Below, piece by piece: positions 1 through 8,825 of a DNA stretch of 40,000 nt (position 1 is its first letter; every line of letters begins with the position of its first letter). Made by a program: the position numbers and the translations under genes. The notes beneath the pieces were generated by a model, which had not been told where the DNA came from, ran no database searches, and was given only the letters and a program-made list of their open reading frames with translations. The stretch is from positions 1-40,000 of IMG/VR virus record IMGVR_UViG_3300012942_000083. One strand, 5' to 3'. The stretch comes from a virus. Lineage: Duplodnaviria > Caudoviricetes.

Positions 1-47
1 CCCTTACAAGGCGTAGGTCACAGGTTCGAACCCTGTAGCACCCACCA
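1..47 (+). tRNA. 3' part of tRNA-Val(UAC), truncated by the window start; probable attL/attB core
   Basis: Anticodon loop CTTACAA (3-9), T-arm ACAGG-TTCGAAC-CCTGT, acceptor strand GCACCCA and CCA end at 45-47; integrase follows directly. Confidence 0.92.
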
Positions 48-66
48 ATAAAAAAGCAATAGAATC

Positions 67-100
67 AGGCGTTTGGAACGATCCAAGCGCCTTTTTCTTT
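67..100 (+). terminator. Intrinsic terminator downstream of tRNA-Val
   Basis: AGGCGTTTGGA-ACGA-TCCAAGCGCCT stem followed by TTTTCTTT. Confidence 0.8.
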
Positions 101-107
101 GCTGTTT

Positions 108-170
108 AACCAACCAGAATGGGAGCCTAAGGGAGTCACAACCAACCAGAAAGAGCTTGCTACCAACCGC
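108..170. repeat. Short direct repeats, candidate integrase arm-type sites
   Basis: AACCAACCAGAA at 108-119 and 140-151, partial ACCAACC at 162-168, GGGAG at 121 and 131; located between tRNA and int. Confidence 0.45.
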
Positions 171-216
171 TCTACGCCCTTACAGTAGGGACGAGACAGG
201 ATGATGGGGCTGGGAC

Positions 217-1329
217 ATGGCGGGCAAGCGGCGACGTGAAAACGGCACGTGGGAATTCGTTTTCAAGCGAGCAGGAGTGCTCGACAAACCAATTTACATG
301 ACGTTTCAGACGGAGGCAGAGGGAGACGCCTACGCGGACCGTCTGGAGACGCTGCTTGATCGAGGCATCATCCCGGCCGAGCATCGCAAACCGGACAGAT
401 TCCGCACGCTACTGGATCTGGACGGCGAGTATCAACGCAGCGCCCATCCTTCGGCGAAAGACGTGGGCGCCTTGCATGCCATTATGAGGCGCAGAGGCAA
501 AGAGTCCCTGGCCAACATGAATTCCAACTGGGTCGACGACTGGATCACGGAGATGAAGCGCGTCGAGCACCTAGCGCCCGCTACCATCCGGTCCAGAGTG
601 GGCGCCTTGGCCAGATGCACAGACTGGGGGATGCGAAAAAATTATCTGACAATGCCAGACCATCCATTTCGAACGTTACCAAACGGCTACGCCCAGTACA
701 CCGAGGACGATGCGGCGCACGCTGGAGGGAAGAGGATCGACCAGGAACGAGACCGTAGGCTTGAGCCCGGCGAGCACGAAAAGATTCTGGCGATCATTGA
801 TGGCGGCGAGTTAGCCAGGAAGCGCAAGTCTCTGCCATTGCCAGACAAGGAAGCGCTGCGGGTGCTCTACCTGCTGGCCCTGGAATCTGCCATGCGGTTG
901 CGGGAAATGTATACCCTCTCGGTGCGCCAGGCGGACCTGAAAAAGAAGACCGTCTTCCTGGACAAGACGAAGAACGGTGACAAGCGTCAGGTGCCCATGA
1001 CCAGCGTGGCGCTGGTGTTGCTGGAAAGCTACATTGCAGAACGAGAGCTTCAGCCGGACGATCTACTATTTCCATGGTGGAATGGAAAAAAAGAGTCTTT
1101 GGCGGCAGCCAGCGATTACCTTTCCAAGCTCTTCGCCGATATATTTGAGCAGGCTGGCTGCAAGGATCTCCGCTTTCATGACTTGAGGCACGAAGCCACA
1201 AGTCGGATATTCGAGCGCACCACGCTCTCGGAGGCGCGTATCGCCAAGATCACCGGCCACCGCTCCCCGCGGGTGTTGATGCGTTATGCGAATCTGCGCG
1301 GGAGTGACCTGGCCGAGGAGCTTTGGTAG
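217..1329 (+). CDS. int: Tyrosine recombinase / phage integrase
   Basis: Catalytic motifs SAMRLRE, KTKNG, FHDLRH, TGH and MRY; adjacent to tRNA. Confidence 0.95.
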   Translation: MAGKRRRENGTWEFVFKRAGVLDKPIYMTFQTEAEGDAYADRLETLLDRGIIPAEHRKPDRFRTLLDLDGEYQRSAHPSAKDVGALHAIMRRRGKESLANMNSNWVDDWITEMKRVEHLAPATIRSRVGALARCTDWGMRKNYLTMPDHPFRTLPNGYAQYTEDDAAHAGGKRIDQERDRRLEPGEHEKILAIIDGGELARKRKSLPLPDKEALRVLYLLALESAMRLREMYTLSVRQADLKKKTVFLDKTKNGDKRQVPMTSVALVLLESYIAERELQPDDLLFPWWNGKKESLAAASDYLSKLFADIFEQAGCKDLRFHDLRHEATSRIFERTTLSEARIAKITGHRSPRVLMRYANLRGSDLAEELW

Positions 1330-1543
1330 TGGCCCGCATCCTGGTGGCGGTCTGCGAGAGGATGCGCTTTTCGAGGTAGTCCATCACGTCTTTGACCAGC
1401 ATGACGTAGGAGCGTCCGACCTTGGCAGCCGGGATTGCGCCGGTGCTGATGAGGTCGGCGACTGTCTTGGGGTGCACCTTCAATAGGTCGGCGGCGCCGC
1501 GGGTATCCACTGTCTGTAGGTTATTCACGTCAATCTCCGACAC
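1250..1543 (-). CDS. xis: Excisionase-like helix-turn-helix protein
   Basis: AADLLKVHPKTV...G.IPAAKVGRSY HTH_17-type pattern; convergent with int. Confidence 0.8.
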   Translation of the reverse strand: MSEIDVNNLQTVDTRGAADLLKVHPKTVADLISTGAIPAAKVGRSYVMLVKDVMDYLEKRILSQTATRMRATTKAPRPGHSRADSHNASTPAGSGGR

Positions 1544-1867
1544 TCAATCGCTCACGCCCAGGGCCCGATTCACGGCGTCGACCGCTGTTTGAAGTCCTGA
1601 TCGCCAGAAGTCCATGTTGTCTGCGGAGAGTTGGCCAGGTTGGGGGATGGCCATTAGTTCACGTTGAATCTTGCCGACCAGATCATCCTGACCAGCCATG
1701 TAGCCTTGCCAGTGTGCACTGACCACGGCATCCTCGTAGTTCGCGGGGTTGAGTCGGCCTGGCGTGAAATCTGGCGTGATCTCGATGGGCTTGTAGAACT
1801 CGGTCAGGGACGCCTCGAAGTCGGCGCGCTGCTGCTTTTGCCAACTGGGCATTTCGGTATCTTTCAT
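1544..1867 (-). CDS. Hypothetical phage protein (107 aa)
   Basis: ATG at 1867 overlaps the upstream stop; fills the operon. Confidence 0.7.
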   Translation of the reverse strand: MKDTEMPSWQKQQRADFEASLTEFYKPIEITPDFTPGRLNPANYEDAVVSAHWQGYMAGQDDLVGKIQRELMAIPQPGQLSADNMDFWRSGLQTAVDAVNRALGVSD

Positions 1868-2328
1868 CAGAACTCTCCCGGCGCAACTTGAAAGCAGGCC
1901 ACGCCTTCTTCTCGCCACATCCGAACAACCTTGTCCCGGTCATCGAACACCGCGACCAGACGCTGGCGATCCTCTGGCAGCATCTCGTGCAGCCACTGGC
2001 GCTTGAGCACGTCGTCGGGCGTGTAGTCGCCGGCCCGGCGCATCAGCAGGGCGGTTTCCAGGTCCCAGGGTGCAAATGACGTGTGGGCCGCCAGCCATTC
2101 GATGGTTTTCTCGCGCACTTCGTCAGAACGGCCGCTGAATACCCAAACTTCGGCGATCAGTCGCAGAGCGTTGAGCGTGTTGATGACTGGCGTGTTGGGC
2201 CTGTCTTCGTCGCAGGCGGCATAGAAAGCCTTCCAGTCCTGGTGTTTGCGATCGCGCTCGACGAAATGCCGGCGATGGTCGATCAAGGCCAAGGTGCCGT
2301 CCAGGTCGAAAATGTATAGTGGTTTCAC
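1867..2328 (-). CDS. HAD-superfamily phosphatase (polynucleotide kinase/phosphatase C-terminal type)
   Basis: DLDGT motif I, SGR motif II, K in DDVLK, FDDR motif IV. Confidence 0.88.
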   Translation of the reverse strand: MKPLYIFDLDGTLALIDHRRHFVERDRKHQDWKAFYAACDEDRPNTPVINTLNALRLIAEVWVFSGRSDEVREKTIEWLAAHTSFAPWDLETALLMRRAGDYTPDDVLKRQWLHEMLPEDRQRLVAVFDDRDKVVRMWREEGVACFQVAPGEF

Positions 2329-2561
2329 GCCAGTTCCTCCAATTTTTTCAGCACGGCAGGCAGCCCATTATCGGCCGCGTTCTTGGCATCGACGCTCATC
2401 TCGCCGGCCGCGATGCGCGCCGCATACAGGGTCAACCACACATGCTGCTGGATGTTCAAGCCACTGTAGTAACCATAGGACTGCCCAGATTCGATGATCT
2501 GGCGGATGGGGTCATACAGGACTGACTCGGGGTAAGCCGGGCGCGTTCCGAAATCACTCAT
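2325..2561 (-). CDS. Hypothetical phage protein
   Basis: 4-bp overlaps with both neighbours. Confidence 0.7.
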   Translation of the reverse strand: MSDFGTRPAYPESVLYDPIRQIIESGQSYGYYSGLNIQQHVWLTLYAARIAAGEMSVDAKNAADNGLPAVLKKLEELA

Positions 2562-2959
2562 TGCTGCGACCTCCTGCGGTCGTATTCATAGAATAGCTGC
2601 TGGCTGATCCACTGGATGCAATACGCCTCGAACTCGTCAGAGGGGTTTGTTTCACCCACACCATCACACCACCATTGGAAGATGTGTACGGCCTCATGCA
2701 CGAGCAGTGCGGCTACTGTACATGGGTGCCATTCCGTGCCATCTTCGTCGTGGTCACGCACCCCTACGATGGCGATGCGCTTGCCGTCGACGTTCAACAT
2801 CCATGTGTGGCCGGCCTTGGGGCAGAACGGTCCTGCCTCACCGGGCAGCATCTTGCAGTGCTTGAGTGCCGATTCCAGCTCTTCCTGGCTTAAAACCAGG
2901 GTGAAGTGAGGCAGTTGGATGGCTCCCATGCGGTCCAGCCATTCGTAGGGTGGTTTCAT
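2558..2959 (-). CDS. Small HExxH zincin-like protein
   Basis: LLVHEAVH followed by EFEAY (possible third Zn ligand); coupled to neighbours. Confidence 0.7.
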   Translation of the reverse strand: MKPPYEWLDRMGAIQLPHFTLVLSQEELESALKHCKMLPGEAGPFCPKAGHTWMLNVDGKRIAIVGVRDHDEDGTEWHPCTVAALLVHEAVHIFQWWCDGVGETNPSDEFEAYCIQWISQQLFYEYDRRRSQQ

Positions 2960-3162
2960 ACTTCGTCGCCCTCCAAATCCTTGTATGCCACGAGCATGGC
3001 CAGGACATCACCCGACGCAATAGCCGTCTCGGCCTTCTTGATGGAGTGACGCATCATGGTGGCCGCGAGCGCGCCGGTCGGAATCTTGTCGAACTCGGGC
3101 AGTATTTCGTCGCGGATTCGGTTGCACTGGCGCTGGATGCCTTCGATGAGGTTTTCAGTCAT
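2956..3162 (-). CDS. Hypothetical phage protein (68 aa)
   Basis: ATG at 3162 with AGGAG upstream; coupled. Confidence 0.7.
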   Translation of the reverse strand: MTENLIEGIQRQCNRIRDEILPEFDKIPTGALAATMMRHSIKKAETAIASGDVLAMLVAYKDLEGDEV

Positions 3163-3811
3163 TGCCGTTCTCCTTCGCCACGCGGGAAGCGTCCCAACCA
3201 CGATCAAACCCAGCCTCGAAAACCGCAGCCTTTAGGTTGTAGTTAAGATGACCTCTGGCAGCGAAATATGTGGTGCACGCTGCGTTGCGAGCGCCTTCTC
3301 TGATGGCGAAATAGCGCTCCGCATCCTCCCGATCCTGGGCGCTGGGCTGACATTGCATTTCAGGCGATTTGTCAACCTGATTTCCTTGCAGATTCGAGGA
3401 TTTGTCAACCTGGGAACAATCAGGGCAAGGTTCGCCGCCTTCGCATGGTTCGTAGTAGCTCGGTCCACCGATCATGCCGTTACCGCCGCAGGTCTGACTC
3501 GCTACCTGCGATTTCAGGGCGCGGATTGCAGCGGCGCAGGCGTCTAGTGTGTTTGTACTCATCAAGCCAGCCGAATAAGCACCTCGCCAACTGTAAATGT
3601 CGCCGCATTGCCGCGCCGCTTCTTCCAGCGCTGCATTGCGGATAGCTTGGGCGTCGTGGCACGCCTTTTTGTATTCAGCGCAGCGCCGATAGGCCATGGC
3701 CACATCGTTCTGAACCGCTTTCGCTATGACGCCGGTTGAATAACCCTGTCCGGAGAGGAAGAAGTCGGCTTTTTCTTCATCCGTTCTCAGGTCGCAAAAT
3801 AGTTTTTCCAT
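3155..3811 (-). CDS. Mosaic hypothetical phage protein (218 aa)
   Basis: ATG at 3811; contains RNAALEEAA..C, PCPDC and EDAERY segments typical of shuffled early-left proteins. Confidence 0.7.
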   Translation of the reverse strand: MEKLFCDLRTDEEKADFFLSGQGYSTGVIAKAVQNDVAMAYRRCAEYKKACHDAQAIRNAALEEAARQCGDIYSWRGAYSAGLMSTNTLDACAAAIRALKSQVASQTCGGNGMIGGPSYYEPCEGGEPCPDCSQVDKSSNLQGNQVDKSPEMQCQPSAQDREDAERYFAIREGARNAACTTYFAARGHLNYNLKAAVFEAGFDRGWDASRVAKENGND

Positions 3812-3812
3812 G

Positions 3813-4025
3813 TCATTCCTTGATGCCCTTGAGGGCCGCAAACTCGGGAGTCAGGTAGTAACGGACAGGCTCTCCGTGGCGGAGCACGTAGCCTTGCGAA
3901 CAGTGACCGATGATCTCTCCGGTACGCAAATTCTTCCAGAATGTTCGGTCACGTTCTGATGTTGGGTGGATATTCTCGGGGCCGCTGACGGCCTCGTAGA
4001 ATGCGGTTTTGCTAACTTCGATCAT
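3813..4025 (-). CDS. Hypothetical phage protein
   Basis: ATGA overlap with upstream gene. Confidence 0.7.
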   Translation of the reverse strand: MIEVSKTAFYEAVSGPENIHPTSERDRTFWKNLRTGEIIGHCSQGYVLRHGEPVRYYLTPEFAALKGIKE

Positions 4026-5500
4026 GATTGCCCGTCTGTTGGTGGGGTAGGGGCGGCTTCGAGCATGGCTTCAAGATCGGCTCCGACTCCATGTTCGTCG
4101 CCGTCCTTGTTGATAATTCCTATTGCGCGACGCAACTTCCATTCTGGAAGCAGCCTGTATCCATCCGGCACGCTGGGCTGTGCGGCAACGGGGGCGGTGA
4201 GCGCCACAATCTCAGGCGCTACCCAATCTAGACTCGCCAATTTAGCTGTTTGCTTCACAAATTTCTCGGCGTCTGCGCGAGTGCGAAACACATTTCCGTC
4301 ATTAACGTCTAGCGACCCGTGGTATTTAAGTCCGTAAAGCACCGGCTCCGCGCTAGCGGCAGGCTGTGCGCCATAGCGGCCCAGCATGACGCACATATCA
4401 GAATATGCCTGCGCAGTCCTGTCTGACGCGTCTCGCTGCTCATTGTCTGCCGCACCCGTGCAGTGGGCCTTGGTCATGCTGGCGCGTTCGTCGGCGTATC
4501 GCTGTATTGCCACCAGCAGTGCGGTCCTGTCCGGCACCTTCATCGGCTCGGCATCTTGTAAGGATTGCTGAGTAGTTGGCTGGGCCGCATACATTGCGTT
4601 GTAGACCACGCCAACCATGCTCTCGCTGCTTAGGTTTTCACCAAGGGTTTCGCACGCATGCTCAAGAGCCTTGACACCGGCATGCTCCATGGCTTCTGTA
4701 TATTCCTTTGGCATCAGCTTCCAATCATCAACTGTCAAGGATTCCTTGACGGTTGGCTGGGCGAGTGCGGCTAATGCCCGATCAATCAACTCGTCAGCTT
4801 CGTCGTCGCTCCCATCTACGGCATCTGGATAGCTATCCCGATACCATTGCAGACCATTCCTTGCTGCTTCCAGGGCTTCTCGGACGCAGCCGGTTGCGGC
4901 ATCGGCAGTTGTCAACGATTGGTTGACTACTGGCTCGGCGGGGTGTGGGGCGGCGCCAGCAGGATGCGGAATCTCGGCAAACCAGCAATTGATTGTGCGT
5001 TCAACAGTCGGCCAGCAATCCCCCGTTTGAAAGCAGACGAATTGCCTATCAGTGCTGTAACCGATCACCTTCCGCCAGGAATAACCGCGGTGTTGATCGC
5101 TCTCGATGTCGCAATTCGTCCCAGAAACAAGACAGTACGAGCCGACAGCGGGCAGTACATCGCCTGCATGCCAAGGGCTCTCTGCAAGTCTCCCTTCCTG
5201 TTTTCCTTGTCGTATCGGGTATATAGCCTCCCCGCGCTGCTGCCGGTCAAGTTCGGTGCACAGTTCGTAAATCGTTTCTGGGCTGCACAGTTCGATGAGC
5301 TCTCGTACGCCTGGCGCCATTAGCACGTCGGGGTGACCGTCGCTCGGCTGCACGACTGCGCACAGTGCGCCGCCGTCCTGCAAGTGTCGTCCGTTGTCCA
5401 CGAACGTCAGGCGTCGGAAGGAATTGGAGTTCCACCACTGCCAGGAATACGGACCGCAGGCGAGGGCGGCTGCTTTTAGTTTTTTGGTGTCGATAGTCAT
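4022..5500 (-). CDS. Ead/Ea22-like mosaic protein
   Basis: N-terminal IDTKKLKAAA...SPETIYELCTELD pattern, repeated QP/AEPV linkers, C-terminal AMLEAAPTPP. Confidence 0.7.
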   Translation of the reverse strand: MTIDTKKLKAAALACGPYSWQWWNSNSFRRLTFVDNGRHLQDGGALCAVVQPSDGHPDVLMAPGVRELIELCSPETIYELCTELDRQQRGEAIYPIRQGKQEGRLAESPWHAGDVLPAVGSYCLVSGTNCDIESDQHRGYSWRKVIGYSTDRQFVCFQTGDCWPTVERTINCWFAEIPHPAGAAPHPAEPVVNQSLTTADAATGCVREALEAARNGLQWYRDSYPDAVDGSDDEADELIDRALAALAQPTVKESLTVDDWKLMPKEYTEAMEHAGVKALEHACETLGENLSSESMVGVVYNAMYAAQPTTQQSLQDAEPMKVPDRTALLVAIQRYADERASMTKAHCTGAADNEQRDASDRTAQAYSDMCVMLGRYGAQPAASAEPVLYGLKYHGSLDVNDGNVFRTRADAEKFVKQTAKLASLDWVAPEIVALTAPVAAQPSVPDGYRLLPEWKLRRAIGIINKDGDEHGVGADLEAMLEAAPTPPTDGQS

Positions 5501-5563
5501 GCTGCATCCTCGGTTTCGATGATGTCGAATAGGGTGGCCGCGTCGGGCCTGGGAATCTTGGAT

Positions 5564-6553
5564 TTAGTCGGTGGCATGTGCTGCCCCTTCGAGTTCTAGG
5601 TCTTTGTTTGGTGCGTCGAATCGATATCCGGCCGCGGCCGCTTCGGTGTTCTTGATCGCTTGCCGAAAATAGCTCGGTTTCAGTTCCCAACCGATGGCCT
5701 TCCGACCCAATGTCAGTGGTTCGTAGATTTCGGAGCCGACGCCCATAAAGGGGGTCAGGACCACCTCGCCAGGATTGGTGCGCAGCACCACACAACGATG
5801 GATGACGTCGAGTTGCAGGGGGTGAACGTGCTTTTCGTCCTCGCTGTCACGGGCCTCACGATACGGCAGCACGCGATTGAAACGAATGTCATCCCACATG
5901 CAGTCGGCGTACTGACGCCAGATCCAGTGGGAGAAACGGTTTTCAGTTTGCTTGCCGGCCCAGCCGCGGTACGGCAGTACTTCCGCTGGCGGCATGCGTT
6001 CGCCGGCATATTCCAGTAAGCCGGTAGGATGGGCCACAGGCACCGGATTCTTGCCGGCATTCCGGAACAAGAGCAGATAATCGCCGCTTGCCACGCCGGC
6101 GTCGATGGAATCGGCGCACAGAGAGGCGTGAGCCAGATTCTTCTGCATGGTGCGCAGCCGGACTTCCAGCGGTTCCTTCCAGATCATGTGTCGTCCGGCG
6201 TATTTCCAACCGTATCGTTCGTGCAAACGAATGATGTCGCCGGGGAAATCGATGTAGCTGTCTGTGCCGGAATTGCTGCGCGGTACGTCCATACAGTGCA
6301 CGGCGGTCATGCGTCCTGGCATAGTCACCCGTGCCGCTTCCTTGACCACGTATCCGTAATGCTCGATGAAGTCGTCGTAATTCGACGAATTGGAGAGATC
6401 CCGGTCATTGCTGCTGTAGTGATACATTCCGCCGAAAGGTGGCGAATATACCGAGAAGTGGATACATCCCTTGGGCAGATCCCTCATGCCTTCGATGCAG
6501 TCACCCGAATAGATGGCATAGTTTTTGCCGATACGAGAATCCATTACAGCCAT
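5564..6553 (-). CDS. Amino DNA methyltransferase, beta class (SPPF suggests N4-cytosine)
   Basis: GDCIEG..., motif IV YSPPF at the N-terminus, motif I VLTPFMGVGSE at the C-terminus, GWELKPSYF. Confidence 0.9.
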   Translation of the reverse strand: MAVMDSRIGKNYAIYSGDCIEGMRDLPKGCIHFSVYSPPFGGMYHYSSNDRDLSNSSNYDDFIEHYGYVVKEAARVTMPGRMTAVHCMDVPRSNSGTDSYIDFPGDIIRLHERYGWKYAGRHMIWKEPLEVRLRTMQKNLAHASLCADSIDAGVASGDYLLLFRNAGKNPVPVAHPTGLLEYAGERMPPAEVLPYRGWAGKQTENRFSHWIWRQYADCMWDDIRFNRVLPYREARDSEDEKHVHPLQLDVIHRCVVLRTNPGEVVLTPFMGVGSEIYEPLTLGRKAIGWELKPSYFRQAIKNTEAAAAGYRFDAPNKDLELEGAAHATD

Positions 6554-7911
6554 TGCGGCAACTCCAGTTTCTTGGTGAACGCGGCCGAGCGATCGATGGC
6601 CAACGCGTGGTTCATGTGCGCTATAAGGTGATCGAACATCGCTTCAGCTTGGGTGGCTTTGCGCTGCAGGTTCTTCATGATCCCGCGGCTACCCTCGGTC
6701 GTGATCAGATCGACCTTCACGCGCCTGGTCTGGCCGAAACGGTAGAATCGACGAACCTTTTGGTAATACCCTTCATACGAATGAGAAGGGAAGTCCGTCA
6801 TGTGGGCGCAGTGCTGCCAGTTCATGCCCCACCCAGCGATTTTTTGTTTGGTGACGAGGGCCCGGATCTGACCTGTCGAGAAGGCGAGCAACTTTTCTTC
6901 CTTGGCTTCGTCGGAGTCTTTGCCGCTGACCTGAACGGCATCGGATACAAGCTTCTCCAGTAGATCTCCCTCGTCGTTCAGATCGCACCACATGACAGCG
7001 GGCTCTCCCGTGTTCGCCACTAGGGCGGCTGCCCGCTCACATCGAGCCTGGAGAGTGCGCCTGCGTTCCTCTCTCTGCTCCCGCAGTCCGACGGCAGGAA
7101 GCGCGAACAGCATGCCTTCAGCCGCTCCTTGCAAATCAACCATGTGTTCTTCCTCGCATAGCCGCGGCAGGACATGACGGAAGTCGTCAAAGCCGAGATC
7201 CGAGGGCTTGCGCATCGCCCGGGCCCACCCGCATACCCAACGCCAAAATGGCTCTTCGGCATGGCCTTTCAGGCGCCATTTGATGACCTCCCCGCGCATG
7301 CGTCCGGTGGCGGAGTTGTTCAGATCGTTCTTAAAGAACCGATTCAGCATGTCCATGTAGCCCAGATACCCCAGAGCTTCGGACGAGGTGCCCAGCTCGA
7401 TGTAGTCGTTCGGAGCGGCCGTGGCGGTGGATAGCAACCGGTAGGGCATCTTGCGCATGAAGGTGGTGATCTGCCCCCGCCGCGTACCGTCGAAGGATTT
7501 CAGGATGCTGGATTCATCGGCCACGAACGCGCCGATGGCATGTTCGTCGAACTTGTCGAGCCGTTCATAGTTGGTGATCGTGATGCCACGGTGCAGTTTT
7601 CCATCTCGCGACACCTTGGCCTCGATGCCGAATTTCTCACCCTCTCGTGCAATTTGAGACGTGACGGCTAGCGGCGCGCCGATCAGGACGTTGGTGTTAG
7701 TCTTTCGCACCACATTTTCAGCCCATACCAATTCCTGAATGGTCTTTCCAAGACCGCAGTCTTCGAACAGTGCGCCGCGACCCTTGTGACACACCCAATC
7801 GACCATTGCGGCTTGAAAATCGAAAAGGTAATCTGGCATCCACACCGGGGCGAAACCATGGTCGCCGTCAATGTGGGCCTTGTCGCGCAAGAATTCCTCG
7901 TAGGGTTTCAT
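6544..7911 (-). CDS. SNF2-like superfamily 2 helicase (455 aa)
   Basis: Walker A DCGLGKT, DESS, TATAAPND, GMNWQ, RRFYRFGQ; start ATG at 7911 overlaps the upstream stop. Confidence 0.88.
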   Translation of the reverse strand: MKPYEEFLRDKAHIDGDHGFAPVWMPDYLFDFQAAMVDWVCHKGRGALFEDCGLGKTIQELVWAENVVRKTNTNVLIGAPLAVTSQIAREGEKFGIEAKVSRDGKLHRGITITNYERLDKFDEHAIGAFVADESSILKSFDGTRRGQITTFMRKMPYRLLSTATAAPNDYIELGTSSEALGYLGYMDMLNRFFKNDLNNSATGRMRGEVIKWRLKGHAEEPFWRWVCGWARAMRKPSDLGFDDFRHVLPRLCEEEHMVDLQGAAEGMLFALPAVGLREQREERRRTLQARCERAAALVANTGEPAVMWCDLNDEGDLLEKLVSDAVQVSGKDSDEAKEEKLLAFSTGQIRALVTKQKIAGWGMNWQHCAHMTDFPSHSYEGYYQKVRRFYRFGQTRRVKVDLITTEGSRGIMKNLQRKATQAEAMFDHLIAHMNHALAIDRSAAFTKKLELPQWL

Positions 7912-8825
7912 GCGGCCTCCCTGATTGCATCGATAATGTCGGCCGCAACCTGGGGGCAAACCGCGTTGCCCAGCAAATTCCAGGCCAAAGCCTCGTTTGC
8001 GGGCAACTGATAATCGGCGGGGAATCCCATCAGGTCTCGGCCCTCGAGGGCGCGCACCATGCGCATCCTGTCGCCGTTGATGACTGCCCACCGGGCCCGG
8101 GTCGTCAGAGTGCCGATAGGACGGTCCAGGCTGCGCCCCGTTTCACCGCTACCGCTGCCGTAGTACGGAGCAAGAAAGCGATCGCCGTACCGGGCGCGTC
8201 CAGCCACTATGCGGGCCAGCGTGCGTTGACTCCGGCCGGGGCGATCGATGACCGTCCACTTTCCTGCCTGCAGGTCTATGACAGAGCCGGCCGCACGTTG
8301 CACGCGATGTGGCAGTCGCAATTGGATGGGATGTTGTGAGCGCGTAGCCACGATGAACAGACGCTGGCGATGTTGCGGCACGCCGTGATCTGCCGCATCG
8401 ATGACCATGGGCGCCAGAGCATAGCCCAGTGCGTTCATGGACGATATCCAGGCCCTGTAGAGCGTCCACTTGGCAAAAGCCGGTACGTTTTCCACGATCA
8501 CCACAGGGGGCCTGTGAACTTCGGTGCAGGTCACAACCGCCCAGGCGGTGGCGCGCTGCGCATCATGATGGGGGCGGTCTTTGCCGCGGGCAGGGCTGTG
8601 GCCTTGACAGGACGGAGAGGCAAGCAGAATATCGTGAGCCGGAACGGTCGTGAAATCTGCCTGCTGCAGATCCTGACAGGCGTGTTCGGTATCAGGATAG
8701 TTCGCGGCATGCCATTGCACGGCTGCTGGCCAGTGGTTTGCTGCCCAGATCACATGACAGCCGGCCATCGTTGCGCCGGTTGAAAAGCCGCCGGCACCGG
8801 CGAAAAGGTCGATTGCCGTTGTCAT
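7908..8825 (-). CDS. C5-cytosine DNA methyltransferase (305 aa)
   Basis: DLFAGAGG, SPSCQ, ENV, PQHRQR, LMGFP and LGNAV motifs; ATG at 8825. Confidence 0.92.
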   Translation of the reverse strand: MTTAIDLFAGAGGFSTGATMAGCHVIWAANHWPAAVQWHAANYPDTEHACQDLQQADFTTVPAHDILLASPSCQGHSPARGKDRPHHDAQRATAWAVVTCTEVHRPPVVIVENVPAFAKWTLYRAWISSMNALGYALAPMVIDAADHGVPQHRQRLFIVATRSQHPIQLRLPHRVQRAAGSVIDLQAGKWTVIDRPGRSQRTLARIVAGRARYGDRFLAPYYGSGSGETGRSLDRPIGTLTTRARWAVINGDRMRMVRALEGRDLMGFPADYQLPANEALAWNLLGNAVCPQVAADIIDAIREAA

